From Botryllus schlosseri (Eukaryota): a stretch of 64,000 bases of DNA. The stretch spans positions 23,746,001 to 23,810,000 of the forward strand of contig CM119376.1 in assembly GCA_051294905.1 (NCBI GenBank). The letters are read 5' to 3'. Below the pieces are notes generated by a model. It was not told the origin of the DNA, did no database searches, and worked only from the letters and a program-made list of their open reading frames with translations. Of the stretch, positions 63,284 through 64,000 are shown piece by piece. Position numbers and translations under genes: made by a program. Each line of letters begins with the position of its first letter. Position 1 is the first letter of the stretch.

Positions 63284-63856
63284 ATGACAATGGATTACAT
63301 ATTCAAAGCGATCACGATTGCTTCGATATTCAGTAGCAATTCAGGTAAGTCTAAAAGTTTAATCGATTTGAATTGAAATTCTGAAGTTATAACGAGACAT
63401 TGACAACGATTCATTTAAACTGTTGAACATTTGTTTTTTTCGTTTAGTGATTGCGGTTCACTACGACATCTCAAACGTATATTGCCTGCGTCAGGGACTC
63501 TGCCAGCATCAGCAAAACGAAGAAATATTCACATGCGTGAAACATGAAATGGAATGTTGCACAAACGCAACTGGATCGCTTGTGCTTCAAGAAGCTCCGA
63601 GGGGCTATTTATGCTGCGAAGGTGAGCGGAGTCATTTTGCGAGAATGTGGACAAATTTTGTAAGTTTTAAATCTACATATAGGCAGCGGTCTTTACAATC
63701 CGCAAACGCACGCGTGCAGTCGTGACAGCGGAATAGAGCGATTGCCCACCACCAGACATTGTCCGACCGGAAGGGAAACGATGTACAACGAAAACAACCA
63801 AATCTGCTGCCAAGCACCTAATTCTTTGGAGGAGCCGAAAGTTCACTTTTGGAAAG
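63284..63856 (+). CDS. Secreted cysteine-rich protein with galaxin-like di-cysteine repeats, 5' part (continues past window)
   Basis: Exons 63284-63344, 63448-63621, 63683-63856 (phase 1-1, GT-AG). MTMDYIFKAITIASIFSSNSVIAVHYD...MECCTNATG...GYLCCEGSGLYNPQTHACS...MYNENNQICCQ contains the CC-x-G-x(2-3)-YNP-x-T-x-x-C and YN-x(4)-ICC patterns typical of galaxin/usherin-type repeats. The signal peptide is only moderately hydrophobic. Confidence 0.7.
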
Positions 63857-64000
63857 GTAAGATGAGGTGACAATAGGCCAGTTACGATTCAATTTAATTT
63901 ATTGCTAGAAATTTCATCATTTCAATGCACCACAAGACTGCGATACAATGAAAGATAAGAAGGTGTTGAAACTTTCAATTGTATAATCTCTCATTTCTAT

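Noticed and set aside
63448-63856. Exon duplication implied by two 174-bp phase 1-1 exons
   Set aside because: The encoded peptides do not align convincingly; equal length may be coincidence.

Overview
Eukaryotic, AT-rich, intron-rich invertebrate genomic DNA. An ascidian/tunicate is my best guess, inferred from the peptide-precursor architecture, a class of ~58-71 bp minimal introns and the Mesp-like gene; the species cannot be read from the sequence. All genes found are on the + strand. (1) The 3' half of RAB3GAP2 (<1-12643). (2) Two paralogous, exon-split secreted precursors (16149-17059 and 30766-32468), each made of a signal peptide, a 59-68 aa Arg/Lys/His/Tyr-rich amphipathic domain with one Cys, an R-G-D junction and a strongly acidic tail. 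They resemble ascidian antimicrobial-peptide precursors in layout but are much longer, and I do not recognise them as a named family. This is the most interesting item, and the ORF track shows only their first coding exons. (3) A 27-exon WDR64 orthologue (33703-59637) carrying an intronless Mesp-like bHLH gene nested on the same strand in intron 11. (4) The start of a galaxin-like Cys-rich secreted protein (63284->63856). Introns and intergenic DNA are packed with non-autonomous DNA transposons: many hAT MITEs with 8-bp TSDs (one with a transposase relic), nested insertions, a foldback palindrome, two inverted copies of an ISL2EU-like THAP/YqaJ element, and tRNA-derived SINEs. All exon calls were made by hand from GT-AG sites, frame continuity and recalled homology; no database searches were run.
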